Positions 24,914 to 37,938 of a DNA stretch of 64,000 nt are shown one piece after another; within the stretch, counting starts at the first letter, position 1, and each line of letters opens with the position of its first letter. Source of the DNA: Vermamoeba vermiformis. Lineage: Eukaryota. A program made the position numbers and the translations under genes. The notes beneath the pieces were generated by a model. The model worked only from the letters and a program-made list of their open reading frames with translations. It was not told the origin of the DNA and ran no database searches. Location: positions 1 through 64,000 of the forward strand of contig JBEWZL010000217.1 of the NCBI GenBank assembly GCA_045837725.1, read 5' to 3'.

Positions 24914-26052
24914 TTAAGCAGTGGTGGTGCTCAACATGCCTCTCTCGCGCAATCTCTGAACACCAGCTTCGAAGCGGGTGCCGTCTCGGCCAGTAATTTG
25001 CTTGAAGGCGGGAGAAGGATCCTTCAACGCGTTCTTGCAGACCATGTCGAAGGTCTCGTACATTCCTTCGGCCTGTTCAATGTTGTGAACACTTTGTAAC
25101 ACGGTATGAAGTCATATTAGATCTTACTTGGTACTCAGGCATCTTTGCTTTCCACATGTTGAGGGCTCGTTGTTTGTCAATGTCCACGTACTTGATCTGG
25201 CGATTGAGCACCTTGGTCAAGATCTAGGACCGCATATTAGCCATGTAATCTATACGCAGCACATTTTTATTACGTACTTGAGCCTGTTGCTCGCCAGTCA
25301 AGGCCTCGGGACCAGTCAACAAGTAGGCCTTGTTTCTGTGCACATCCGGGTTGAGCAAGATGGTAGCTACGGCCACACCAACGTCTTCGATCGACAACGG
25401 GGCGAAGCGAGAAGTGTTCAAGTGCTCCGGCAATTGGCCTTGGTTTAATTCCTCGCGTAAGCCAATGATGTTCTCCTGTAGAATAACGCACGTTAGACAA
25501 GACTCGGACGAGAGCAAGTTTTACGCACCAAGAACATCGCCATTCGAAGGAAGCAATAAGGGATGCCCATTCCTTCAATCTTCTTCTCGACCATGCGGAA
25601 CTCCTTCGCGAAGGTAGTGCTCTCCAATTCCGCACCTGCAACGGATCCGAACACAATGAATTTCACCGTGCCGACTTCGCGTACATAATCGAGGAATCGC
25701 TCGACCCAACGAGCTCGCTCGTACATCTTCATGGTCTTAGTGGGGTTAGGCTCAGTAATCCAAAGGCGATCAACACCCTAAGTGATAAACAAGGTCATGA
25801 ATCCGTAGCAAATCCGAGAAAGAAATCGTCACGTACCTTCAAGGCTTTCGTGCAGAGGTCCTTGTTGTCGAAGTCAAAATCGACAATCTCGACGCCTTGC
25901 TTGCCCTCGAACTCCTTGACTTTTTGGCGATTGTGGGCAGCCAAGCGAATGATGTAGCCATTTCGGTTTGGCATAGCGAGCAGATTGCGAACGATGGGCA
26001 ATCCAACGTTACCGCAAGCACCAGCGATGAGAATAACAGGCTTGTTGTTCAT
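24914..26052 (-). CDS. NmrA-like / atypical SDR NAD(P)-binding protein (multi-exon)
   Basis: ILIAGACGNVG Rossmann motif; later LSIEDVGVAVATIL..HRNKAYLLTGPEALT. Confidence 0.88.
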
Positions 26053-26622
26053 TTTGAGAGTAGAGAGGAGGGTTGAGAAGTGAGTGTTGTTGTTTGATGA
26101 ATGAGTAAACAATGAAAGCGATGAACTTTTATAGTTTTTCAGCGTACTTAATTAGTACTTTATCAATAAATTAGATTTGATTGACGTGGCATAAGCTGAA
26201 TTTTATGGTAATTATTGAAAGTAAAATTCAAAAAATCTAAATCTACAGAAAATGCGCCATTCTTATCGATTTTGTTTGGAAAGTTGTATCGCTGTAATAT
26301 ATGCGCACGATATCTTTATGAATTTCATCATGGTGTTGTAATAGTTATTCTATGGTGATCAAACCAAATTGTTCACTCTATCACACAATTCGTTTACTAG
26401 TAAGTGATACTATCATAATCATAATCATTGACCAGCGTATTGATGTCGTATGTCGTATGTCGATTTAAATAATAAACATGAAGATTTTGTGACCAACAAA
26501 AAGTCGGTAAAAAAAATCGCGCCAATTTTCAAAAATAACGGACATCATTTTTTTTGTTCGCCGCGTTAAGTTGCAACACAATTATTAAGTTGATTGTGGT
26601 GTAATAATTTGGAAGTAGCGTA

Positions 26623-29600
26623 ATGTCAAGATCTCTTAGCCATTTTTTTGGCGAGAACGTTTTGCTCGGATCTCGCACCAGAAAACCTGTAAAACAATTT
26701 GAAATTGCAGAAGAGCCTAAGAAAACCACAAAGAAGTACGAGATATTTTATTTAAAATTTTCTTCGAACCGCATCTCACAAAATTTATTATTTATTTAGT
26801 AATACAAACGCCAAGAAGAAAAATGGAGGAAATAAAGAAAATAGTAACCCAAATTCAGAAGATGACTCGTATTACAGCGACGACGAAGAGTCTTATGAGG
26901 AGTCAGTAGCAAAGAAGAGCGGCGGAAGATCAGATGGGCCGAAAAGAGTGCCCAAAAAATCAATGAGATATGTTCCTGATAGTGAAGACGATGAAAGTGA
27001 TGGAATGGACTCGATAGAGGTAAATTAATTGCGTGATTTATTTTACGAGAAGTCATCTGATCAAATTAAATTTGCAGTCGGAAGAGCCAGAACAGTCCGG
27101 ATCTGGCGAAAATGGAGAAGGCGAAGAAGAGTCCGAGGAAGAGACCGTTAAAATCGATGCTATCCTCGGTTACAAGCCAAGCAAGGTATCGATTTGTTGA
27201 TTTCCTTTTAAGGCAAAATTTCAAAGATCTGACGCGGAATATAGGACGGTAAACCAGCCGACGACCAATTCTTGATCAAATTCCAAGGCGAATCATATTT
27301 ACACGTCAAATGGCTTACTACCGCCGAAGTGGAAGAATATCCAGCTGGAAAACAACGAATCAAGCGTTACTTAGCGAAACGCAAACAAATGGAAGAGAAC
27401 GGAGAACTCGATGAAGATGGTACGTTATAAGCGTAATTAAATACCAAGCATTGCTAATATTTTTTGTTCAGAGGAATACTTCGATCCGAACTTCGCCATT
27501 ATCGAAAGAGTTATTGCAATGGATTATTTTGACGATGACGAAGAAGAATCTGGCGAAGAAAAAGAAAATGGCGAAGAAAAAGTCGACAAAATGGATATTA
27601 CTAGCGAGGACTCCGGACCAACTAAAGAAAAAGACGACAAAAAACAAAAGGAAAAAGTTCCGCAGAAGAAAGGCGGTAAAAAGAAAGCTGCAGAGGCTGA
27701 AAAAGAAGACAGCGAGGATAAATCAGGCCCGTTAGAGCTATTATCTGAAGAATCTCAAGAAAGCGATAAGCCTGCAGGAAAGAAACATTATTTCGTTAAA
27801 TTCAAGGGTCTTCAATACGACGAAGCCACATGGGAAGACGCCGAAATGGTTGAACGCGAGTACCCCGAATTGTAAGTATTGATATAATTGATAGTATATT
27901 GTAGCTTACCAATAATATCTGATAGGGTTGAAGAGTTCAATAAGCGCATTAAGTTGCCGACAAAAGAATTGCAACAAAATTCAAAGAAAGGAGCTGTTCG
28001 TAGAAACACGAAGGACTTTAAAGAAGATATGGAGCAAGTCAAGTTCGAAAACGACATTACTTTGCGCGAGTATCAACTTGAAGGCTTGCGTTGGCTCGTT
28101 TGGTAAGTACTTTCAATTTTTGGTATTTTTTTGCTCGCGGATCTGACGTTCGTTTTGTAGGAACTGGTGCTGCGGTCGTAGTGGCATTTTAGCCGATGAA
28201 ATGGGTCTCGGCAAGACCGTTCAAGCCCTGAGCATTTTGTGGTGGTTGAGAATCACTAAAAAGATGCGTGGACCTTTCTTAAGTAAGTGTAACACCAGAT
28301 CTGCATGGAATTTTTTTGCAAATTTTAATCTTTATTTGTAGTTATTTGCCCCTTGGCGACTATTGACCATTGGTTGCATCACGTTAACTCTTTGACGTCG
28401 CTCAATGCTATTGTTTGGCACGGAACTCAAACGTCACGTGACTTGATCCACGACAATGAATTCTATTTTGACGGCCTGAGCAAGACTATGGCTAAGACTA
28501 ACAACGTCTATAAATTCGAGGTCATCTTGACTACCTTCGAAGTATTGTTGCAAGACGTTGAATTGCTCAGCAAGCCTTTCTGGAAGTACTTGGTAATTGA
28601 CGAGGCTCACAGATTGAAAGTACGTAAAAAACAAATATCAAAATTTTATTGTGCTTTATCTAACTATTTTAGAACAAACAATCGAGATTGTTCGAGATTT
28701 TGCAAAACTTCCGCAGCGAGCATCGTTTGTTGCTGACCGGCACGCCTTTGCAAAATAACATTGACGAGCTTTGGACTATGTTGAATTTTATTGACCCCGA
28801 TGAGTTTTCGTAAGTATTAATACGGACTCGTTTCTTACAGCCCTCTTCCAGATCCACTAACAAAACTTGTCTTAGGTCTTTCCAAGACTTTTCTAAAAAG
28901 TACGGAGCTCTTCAAACCAGTAAACAAGTCCAAAAATTGCAAAAAGAATTATCGCCTTATTTGCTGCGTCGTATGAAGAACGATGTCGAGAAGTCTATTC
29001 CGAGCAAAGAAGAAACAATCGTCGATGTCGAGTTGACTTACACTCAAAAGACGTTCTATCGTGCAGTCCTCGAAAAGAACAGAAATTTCTTGTCAATGGG
29101 CGCTTCGAGCAAATCAAACGTGCCTAGTCTCTCGAACATTATGATGGAGCTTCGTAAAGTTTGCAATCATCCTTACTTGGTAGCAGCAGCTGAAGGTACG
29201 TCACTTTGTGGTATTAAATCTATTACACTAGTTAATCTTTACGTAGAAACTATTACTCGTGGTGTCAAGTCCGACAAGGAGCACAAAGAATGGTTGGTGA
29301 AATCATCGGCCAAGCTCGTGTTCTTGGACAAATTGTTGCCAAAGTTGCAAGCTGAGGGTCACAAAGTTCTAATCTTCAGTCAAATGGTGCGCATGCTCGA
29401 CTTGCTGGAAGATTATATGAACTACAGAACGTTTAAATTCGAAAGAATCGATGGTTCTATGGACAGACAAAGTCGTGCTCAAAGTCTGACTCGCTTCAAG
29501 ACTATGCCTGACAGGCAAGTTAATTTTACTGAGCGGATCTGATCCAACCCGAGATTAACTTCTTTTTCTTTAGATTTGTTATGCTTTTATCTACAAAGGC

Positions 29601-32301
29601 ATGTTCGTTGGGCATTGATTTGACAGTGGCAGACACGGTCATTTTATTCGACTCAGATTGGAACCCTCACAGTGACTTGCAAGCTCAAGCACGCAGTCAT
29701 CGTATCGGTCAAAAGAACAAAGTCAAAGTGTTCAGATTGGTCACGCGCAACACTTACGAGTCTCAAATGTTCCAAGTTGCTTCACGAAAGTTAGGTCTTA
29801 ATCGTGCCGTACTTGGTAACTCAGAATTTGGCGGCAAAAATGATTCAAAACCCGACGCATTCCTCGATGCCAAAGATATCGAGCGTTTGTTGAAAGTCGG
29901 TGCCTACGATTTATTCAAAGCTGATGCCGAGAGCGAGAAGAAACTTCAAGATGAAATGATCAATGAAGATATCGAGACAATTTTGAGCCGCTCGAAGACC
30001 GTCACGGTCGATGAGAACGGAGGTAACTCCAATCAAGGCGAGTTGTTTGCTTCATTCTCCAAGGCTTCATTCGTTGCTTCGAACAAGGATATGGACGTTG
30101 ATATGGACGATCAAGGTAAGTTTTGCATTTGTCTTTAGAATTTCACTTGCTGACACCGTCACTTAGATTTCTGGGAGAAAATTCTTCCCGAGTTCAAAGA
30201 CGCAGCGTCATTGTTGAAGAAGTTAAAGAAGGGCGAATTGACCAGTCCAGAGAGCAAAGACGCGTTCTTGAACGACATTGAAAACTTGATCAAGTCCGTG
30301 AAAGAAGCAGCCAGACATCGTTCACAGTTCTCGAGCCAAAATCCCGCCACTGAAGTTGCAGATCTGTTGATCAAGTCTGAAATTTCCGGTGTTTTCAATG
30401 ACGCGCAAGTCACGCGTATCATTCTCTTGCGAGAAGAACTTGAAGGCAAGCGAGCTCGTAAGAAAGATGGCAAAGCTGGTGGCGATGCTATGGAGGTTGA
30501 TGAAGGCGATGGCGAGAAGAAAGCCAAGTCCAAGCCTGCTCCAAAGGCTTCAGGCTCCGAGTGGACCAAGAAGAGCTTCCAAGAGCTGCGAAAGGCCCTC
30601 TTGTTGTATCCCTTCGGCGAATGGGAAAGCATCATCAACCAGTCCAAAGATCTCAGCAAGAACTTTTCACTCGAAGACATTCAATGTTACTCTGAGCACG
30701 TGGCTAGTTATGTTTGCTCGCCCGATCAATTGGCTAACTGCGAACGAGAGCGCGTTGAAGACAAAGAGTCCAAGGACGAAAAGGGATCTGACACGAAGGC
30801 TGCACCGGCTAAAAAATCTTCGAAGAAACGAAGCACGGAAGAAGACGATCATCCGTTCTTATTGAACTATTTGGAGTACCAGACTAAGCTAGCTGAAGCT
30901 GAAGCTAAGACCAGCCCTATTCCATATAAGGCAATCATTAGCAAATGCACGGTGGGCAAGAAACTTAACCCTGGTCAACGCATCACATTTGAAATTGAAT
31001 GGCGAGCCATTGACAAGCCTACAGTCAATGTTATTGCTATTAATAGACTGCCCTGTGATTATGACCAAGAAACTCGTCAAGTTCGACTCCGCGCTTTGAC
31101 GGATCCGAAAGTGAAGACGCTGACGATGTACGCACCTGGCTATATTGGCTCTTATTCTATCAACTATGACGATGAAAAAGTTGGAGAGTTTTCAGTGATC
31201 GAAAACAGAGTCATGTCTCGCGACTTTGACGAGCAGATGAAGCAATTCAAGACTTGGAATCGAAGATTTAATTTCTTATTGAAGCTTCAAAAGATTTTCG
31301 ACAAATATGGAAATAATTTGGAGAACTTGGATAGCTTCGTTGTTGCCGGATCTGCACCGACCTTCTGGTGGGGCGTTCAACAAGACAAACTCTTGCTGCA
31401 ACACACTCGTGCATCGGGCTTCTCACGATACACTTCGCTTCAAGTAAGCTCAAATCAATTGATTTAATTTTTCGCGTAATTTCTCGTACTAATTTTATGC
31501 TATTTTTAGGAGGAATTGAATAATATTGACAAAGAGTATTTGAACAAGAAAATTGATGATACTTTGGGCGAGAAGCATCGCATGCATATTCAATCCGAAG
31601 AGTTGCGAAAAGTTGCCTCGCCGAATCTGCGCGTGGATCTGCCTTCGTACGCTGATTACATTAAGCGCGATGAAGCCAAGCAAGCTGTTAAATTCGAAGT
31701 TCCTCCTTCATCAGTATTGACGACGCGACTGACTAAAGTCGTTAAAGTCTTGAGCGAAGAGAAACACAATGCCGTAGTCGGATCTGCTATGGAAGTCGTA
31801 ATGACTATTAATAAGAAGCGCAAAATTGATGAAGTCGTGCAAGGCGAGAAGGCTGAGAAAGAGAATAAGCCAAAGAAGAAGCAAAAAGTCAATGCTGAAG
31901 ATACTGCTGGCGGCGAATCCAAGGCGAAAAAAGAAGCCAAATCCAAGCCGAAAGAAAAGAAAGAAAACGAGGAAAAGAAACCAAAGGTGAAGAAAGAAAG
32001 TGAAAAGGAGACTAAGAAGAAATCTGATAGCGATACTAAAGAAAAGAAAGAGAAGAAAGAAGCGCCTAAAAAAGAAGCAAACGGATCTGCATCCGATAGA
32101 TCGCCAAGCAAGCCCAAAGAAAAGACTACTAAATCTAAAGATAAGAACGCCGATAATAAGAAGATAACATCGTTCTTTACCAAAGAGAAAAAAGAAAACG
32201 GATCTGCTGAGAAGAAAAAACAAGCTAAAGAAAAGAAACCCAAAGAAGAAAAGAAAAACCAAGCAGAACCATTGTTATTAGTACTCGACGAATCAAATTA
32301 A
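26623..32301 (+). CDS. CHD-family chromatin remodeller (tandem chromodomains, SNF2 ATPase, SANT/SLIDE-like region, Lys/Glu tail)
   Basis: Chromo motifs ([31 protein letters not shown]), [51 protein letters not shown] as in the CHD6-9 group. Confidence 0.93.
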
Positions 32302-32408
32302 AGATTCTCGATCTGATTTTTTTCTGACGCGAGCTCTTAACGCACGTGCATCGTCCCAATTTATTTTAAGATAATTAATGTTGAGTAATAGAATAAGTAC
32401 ATAATATT

Positions 32409-33414
32409 ATGGAGCCAGTTTGTTCGTTATCGTGCTTGATAATCGGAGATCACGGTGTCGGCAAGGTAAGTGTCAAAACAATTCAGAAATTGCGCCAAAA
32501 TTTATTAATGAATTTTTCAACATGCAGACTGCATTAAAATATACCCAAATATTAGGAAAATTCCCCGATTATATCCCAGGAGTAAGCGTTGTTTCGGATT
32601 CGATCCAGAATTATTGACTTTCCCATTCATTAGTCTGGTAATGGCCCACCAATAGCCGCCGTAAGAATAAAGTTTATTAAATATTATAATAATATTAACT
32701 TAGGTCATTATTGATGGCGCTCTGTACACAATTATGTTAATGGATCCGTCTGTCGATCCTGAAGGAGGTAAAGTTCATTAGACTAGACTAATAGCTAAGT
32801 TTAATTTATCAATAATAGATAAAATGCGGCTTATGATGTACCAGCCCAGGGTAGCGAGTAAGTAGATCCATCAAAAATTTCGAGAACCATCGTGCTAATT
32901 AAATCTAGACATATTCTTATTAGCGACCGTAAGAGTCTCGAAAGCATAGAAATTAAGGTAGGATTAAATAGCCAACCTATTAAAATTTCATCGTTCTAAC
33001 AGATCCGTTTTGTAGTGGTTTCCAGAAGTAAGGTTATCGAAGGCAGGCAATAAAAGAAGTTAATAATTCAATTAGATACGAGAAAGACTACCTAACGTAC
33101 CAGTAATTGTTGCAGGTTTGAAAACAGATCTACGATCCGAATCCGACAGCGTTACTTATGATGAAGCCGTGAGTTTTGCTGAAAAAATTGGTGCTGTTAA
33201 ATACGTTGAGTGGTAAGTTTAATGCTTCACAACTTAATTGATCTGTAATGTTTGTAACAGCTCTGCGAAATTGAATGACGGAGTTAAAGAAGTGTTTGAG
33301 CAAGTTGCAATTTATGGAGCGAAGTCAATAGCCGCTGGAAATAATCTCGAGCCAGAACGAGACGATGGAAGTAATTCTAAGAAGAAATCTAAAAAGGAAT
33401 GCTCAATACAATAA
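32409..33414 (+). CDS. Divergent Rho/Rac-family small GTPase (possible frameshift or pseudogene)
   Basis: IIGDHGVGKT P-loop, WFPE, GLKTDLR, YVECSAK, polybasic tail plus CAAX (KKECSIQ); G3 degenerate; reading frame unclear near 32910-32925. Confidence 0.75.
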
Positions 33415-33543
33415 ATTATTTGATTAGTCACGTCACGCAAAGCACCGAACAGCAGTTAATGAAGCAAATCGGACAGTCTAAAAGGCGTCTGAAACTGAGT
33501 TACCTAATAGAGTTATTTATTTCCGATTACTGCTCATTGATTA

Positions 33544-36500
33544 TTAAGCGAAGCTTTCCGTTAGTTTTTCGTTTCGGAGTGCTGCTTGAATTTTACTGAA
33601 CGGAGGACGCCTCGTTGGTTCTTTGTCTAGACATTGCGCAATTAATTGATAGAGCTCAGACTGCATGTCGAATTTGCGTAGAGATTCAGGAAGCCAGCCA
33701 TTCTTAATTGTCTCTGCGATCTGCTTGTTCGATCTGCCTTCCCATGCACCCTTCGTACTTGCCAGCTCGAGGAGCAATATTCCAAAAGCATAAACTAATG
33801 TCGTTATTAGTAATGAAATAGTGGCTGCGCGAGACATACCATCGCTCGCTTTGCTAGCGGATCCAACCCCTTTTTCGACGAGTTCTGGTGAAGTATAGGC
33901 GACCTCCATTTGGTCAGTGCGACGACTGGAGTAAATCAATTTGGCATTGTGCTGGTCATCCAACTAATTTAGGCTCGTTAGCTTTGTTATTCAAGAGCAG
34001 TCCAAAGACTTACTAAAATTCGGCTTGGCTTTAAGGATCTGACAGCAAAATTATCGTTAATAAATACGCGATGCAATCACTATCTTCTAACATACATATA
34101 TACGATATCTTTGCTATGCAAGAATGCCATCGCTGCACAAATTTGTCGCGCGATCCGCAATCGAACTTCTTTCTTCAGATCTCCGAGCTTGATTGTGCTC
34201 AAATCGCACTTCATTTTCTCGAAGAGCAAGTGCGCTGTATCTTTATCTTCGTAATAATATCCGAGGAATTGCACAATGTTTGGGAATTTTAATACTCTAG
34301 CAAAGAAGTTAGTCCTCCGGATCTGATCAATTCAGGTTATTCGTACTTTAACCAGAACAGGTCTCGCAAAGCGTTTTTAGCAGGGATAGTCTTAACATAA
34401 ATATCTTGACCCAGGTACGTTCCATTGAAGTTCGTTTTTGACGGCACCAAATCGATGCTGACCAGCGACTTGCCGATAACGTCATGTTCATACGTCGTAA
34501 GCAGTAGGTTCAAAAAGTACTCTGAAAGCTTGCGCCAGTCTTCATCTTCCATATTATATTCTAACTCGTCCATCTAACGAAAAAGGAAAATCAGATCCGC
34601 TCGCTGAAGTACGCACTCACCTTCAGTACGGTAGTAACAGTCAGATTGTCATATTTGCTATCCAACAACACCTCTGCAGCTTCAATATAGTGTATGACAG
34701 CTGGGAGTAGGTCTTCAATTGCCAAAGTGCGTATCATTAACGGAAATGAAAAGGGATTTGGCTGTAACACTACCGTGAAGAGATGCTTGTTGCGCGCAGT
34801 GTTGCAGTGCGAGTGAACCGGCAAAACGTTGATATTCCATCGAGATTTCGCCCACGGGACGATCTGCAATGATTTTTCTTAGTACTTAAAGAATTTCATT
34901 ATTGTTAGGACTTACGTTAATTAATTCGAAATCAGCTTGTAATGGGACCTTGCAGAAGTAGCACAACGGAGTCTGGTTGCTTGCGTCGAGCTTCTTCGCG
35001 TGTTCGAGGAATATCTGGCGCTTATCTGGTTGGGACATATCGGGGTAGACCTTGCCAACGAGTTTCAAGTGCAAAGTTGGCACGATGATCTGTTTTTGAT
35101 TAATTAACATATTCATATATAGTAGCTTGTATACTTACTTCCGTGGAGGGCGCAAACCCGCTTATTTGTCGCTTGATCGAGTAAAATTTGCCCGGCGAGC
35201 ATTTGATCATGAGTTTGTTTTGCACTACGATGAAATTTTCAATGTTGAGCTGCATTTGCGTATCAATATCTTTGACTATAAGATGTTTTTTGAGCTCAAC
35301 AGCTGCTTCAACAGATTCAACGGAGAGCGGTATACAATTGTGCGAAATTTCCTCGTAATCCACGCGAAAGTCAATGTCACCCGCTTTAGCCGTGTCGAAG
35401 TAATTGACGATCGAGCGCACTGTAATAGGTCTTGGAATCAACGGATAAGCCTCGGCGAACTTATCGGCATTATTCACCTCGAGCCCAACTTCCAAATTAG
35501 GAAAGTTCCAGTTTGCTGGCGAGCGTGCACCTATAATAATTACATTAATACAGGTAGTATTTTTCCAAGAACTTACGATTAATGCGCCTGCACATGTCAA
35601 TCATGACTGAAGTGTGCGTCATCAAATTTTCCGGTAATATTACTGTAAGACGAGAATTGGGGTAAATTTGCAGCACTTCATCAAAAGTCGAGGTGTCTTC
35701 GTCGATGAGTTGGACGCATTCGACGGTGATTCGGTTTCGTTTGGGATCCGGAAATTGACTTGGCCCGGCGACTACTTTTTTGAGGACTATAGTCTTGTTG
35801 ACTAGGCTATCTATAATCGTTTTAATATTGATGTCAAGGCATTCAAATTCCAAAGTGATGTAATCTGGAATTTGCTTCAGCGAGTTAATAACCAAAATAT
35901 TTGGAATTAACATTCTTCGGGGGACTCCAATTGTCTTCAATTTTGTCGATTTTTTGATTAAAGTCCACAACCAATTGCTGTACCAAACGGAGATCGGATC
36001 TTCAGTTAAGGTCAATCTTTCGAGATCATTCATTGCTTGCATTCTTTTTCTTGCGTCCGTCCATGCTTCGTTGAGGCCGTTATGAGTTTTATCCGAAGGT
36101 ACGATGTTAAAGAAGTTCAGCAAAGCCCCAAACTTTTCAGGTTTGGTATTGTAGTCTTCTTTAGGCCAAGCTTTGTTTAACGCTGCCTCAATATCTTATA
36201 GATAAGCCGTCAGGTAGAGTTCAAAGTGATATAATATGGCAAAACGACGTACCTTTGGCAGCAAGCTCTTTTTGTGAGTTGGATCCGATTTGATGGAAAA
36301 ATGTTGTTCCGCTTTTCATATTGAGCCGTTGTACATCAAGATAATTTGCGATATTGATAGCTATTTGTTGTACGTCGTCAAGGAAGAATGATAGAGCGTC
36401 TATCAAATCTTCTGGCACATCAGAGAGTTGTTGCAATGCATCCACAAAGTGCTTTGAAACAGGCGTCATGCTTGTCAAAGTCCAACCTTGATTTTTGAAA

Positions 36501-37805
36501 GCTGATTTGATATCTGGATAATCAATCCACAGCCGCCAATAGTTTTCAACTGTTGTAGCGAAAATTACGACCGTCGACTCGTCTGCTGAGAATCTTGATA
36601 GAATGACATGACCGTCTTCATTTGTCGGAATTGTAATTTGTTGATTTGGATAGTGCTCGTCGAATGACATTTGAGCAATAACCGTTTGAGAAGATTTGAT
36701 ATCTGGAAAGCTTGCAGTCCAACATTGCAAGAAGCACGCTACTTGATCCATCATAAATTCTTTGTCCTTGGCGCAAACTTTGAAGACCAGCTTGTCGTCT
36801 ACGTCATTCACGTGCTGTAATAGCATTTGTAAGTTCGCATTCGCGTTCACGTTTTTTTCGAGGAAAATTTCAGCGTGAGATTCGTGCGTTGAGCAGCAGT
36901 TTTTGCCATCGTTATTTCGCCAATAATCGATCAAGAGCTCATCAACACGGTTCAAATGGATAGTAGACGTCGGTGTAACAACGGTTTGCGGGATGACGAT
37001 GCAGTTTTTGTCTTCTTCGTGGAACTGCACGATTGAAACATTCGGGGGTTTGCCGAACTGCCGAATGAACATTGGCCACGCTTTGTCCACTTTTCCACAC
37101 GTATTGACTAGTGCTATAGTAGTCTTAACATCTTTTGTCGTCGTTTCTAACCAATGAATGGTCAAACCAACATTTTTGTCGGCATCCAAAACATCGTCCA
37201 CGTCTTCCAGCGTCAGATCCATTTTCATCTTTGAAGCTATTCTTGCTATCTCGCCATCGTCAAGATTAGGAAATAAGATAACGTGACTGTTGCTATTAGT
37301 TTTGTTGCGCTGTTCGAAGTTGCTGGCAATATGTCAGTTTGTGGTTCAAATTGAGATTCAATAGACTTACGCCAATAAGTACATCCACTGCGGGGCTACT
37401 TGACCATTGATAATAGGAGTCATTTTGTTCGCAAGACCGAGCAAGCCTAATTTTTTTAGCGCATCCACAAATGTTTGCAAGGAAATACGGTTTGTCGCCA
37501 ATTCTTTGAGAATTTCTACGCATAATTCTTGGGCCGTATAATTATGCCTCGCTAATTTACGTTCAATAAGGGCTTGGGTCGTGAAAGGCTGATAAAGTTC
37601 GTAGATGCCTCCTAACTGCGTCCATTCTGTGCAATTCCGCACCAATAAATTGGCAATGTGATCTAGCGTTACCGTGGGTAAGCCGGATATCCCTAAGAAT
37701 TGAAAAAAAAGTAAATTTTCCACTTTAGATCAGATGTATCGTTTAAACTTAGGTTTGAATAAGTAAAAATTACTTAGTAAACTATAATTACTTACGACCC
37801 TCCAT
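33544..37805 (-). CDS. Large multidomain protein: death-fold-like N-terminus, uncharacterised middle, HNH-like zinc motif, C-terminal pseudokinase
   Basis: Continuous chain of GT-AG-linked exons from ATG 37805; kinase C-lobe (AYTSPE, DVYAFGILLLEL, CLDKEPTRRPPF); catalytic loop reads IVYISLKPSRIL and the DFG position reads YSS. Confidence 0.7.
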
Positions 37806-37938
37806 TTCTCAAGTTTGGTGCTGCTGGCGAATTAAATTAAATTCAATTGAAAGAATTTCATTTTTCTCCGGAATTTCAAATGCTCGCAAAGTCTATGGAT
37901 TGAAGTTGTTTGGTAAAAGATAGTACCACGCTTGGCGT

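Noticed and set aside
31656-32262. Phe/Leu-rich membrane-protein-like ORFs
   Set aside because: Reverse complement of the Lys/Glu-rich CHD tail.
35545-35600. Apparent frameshift between overlapping ORFs in the death-domain gene
   Set aside because: Explained by a canonical GTAAGT..TATAG intron at about 35531-35577.
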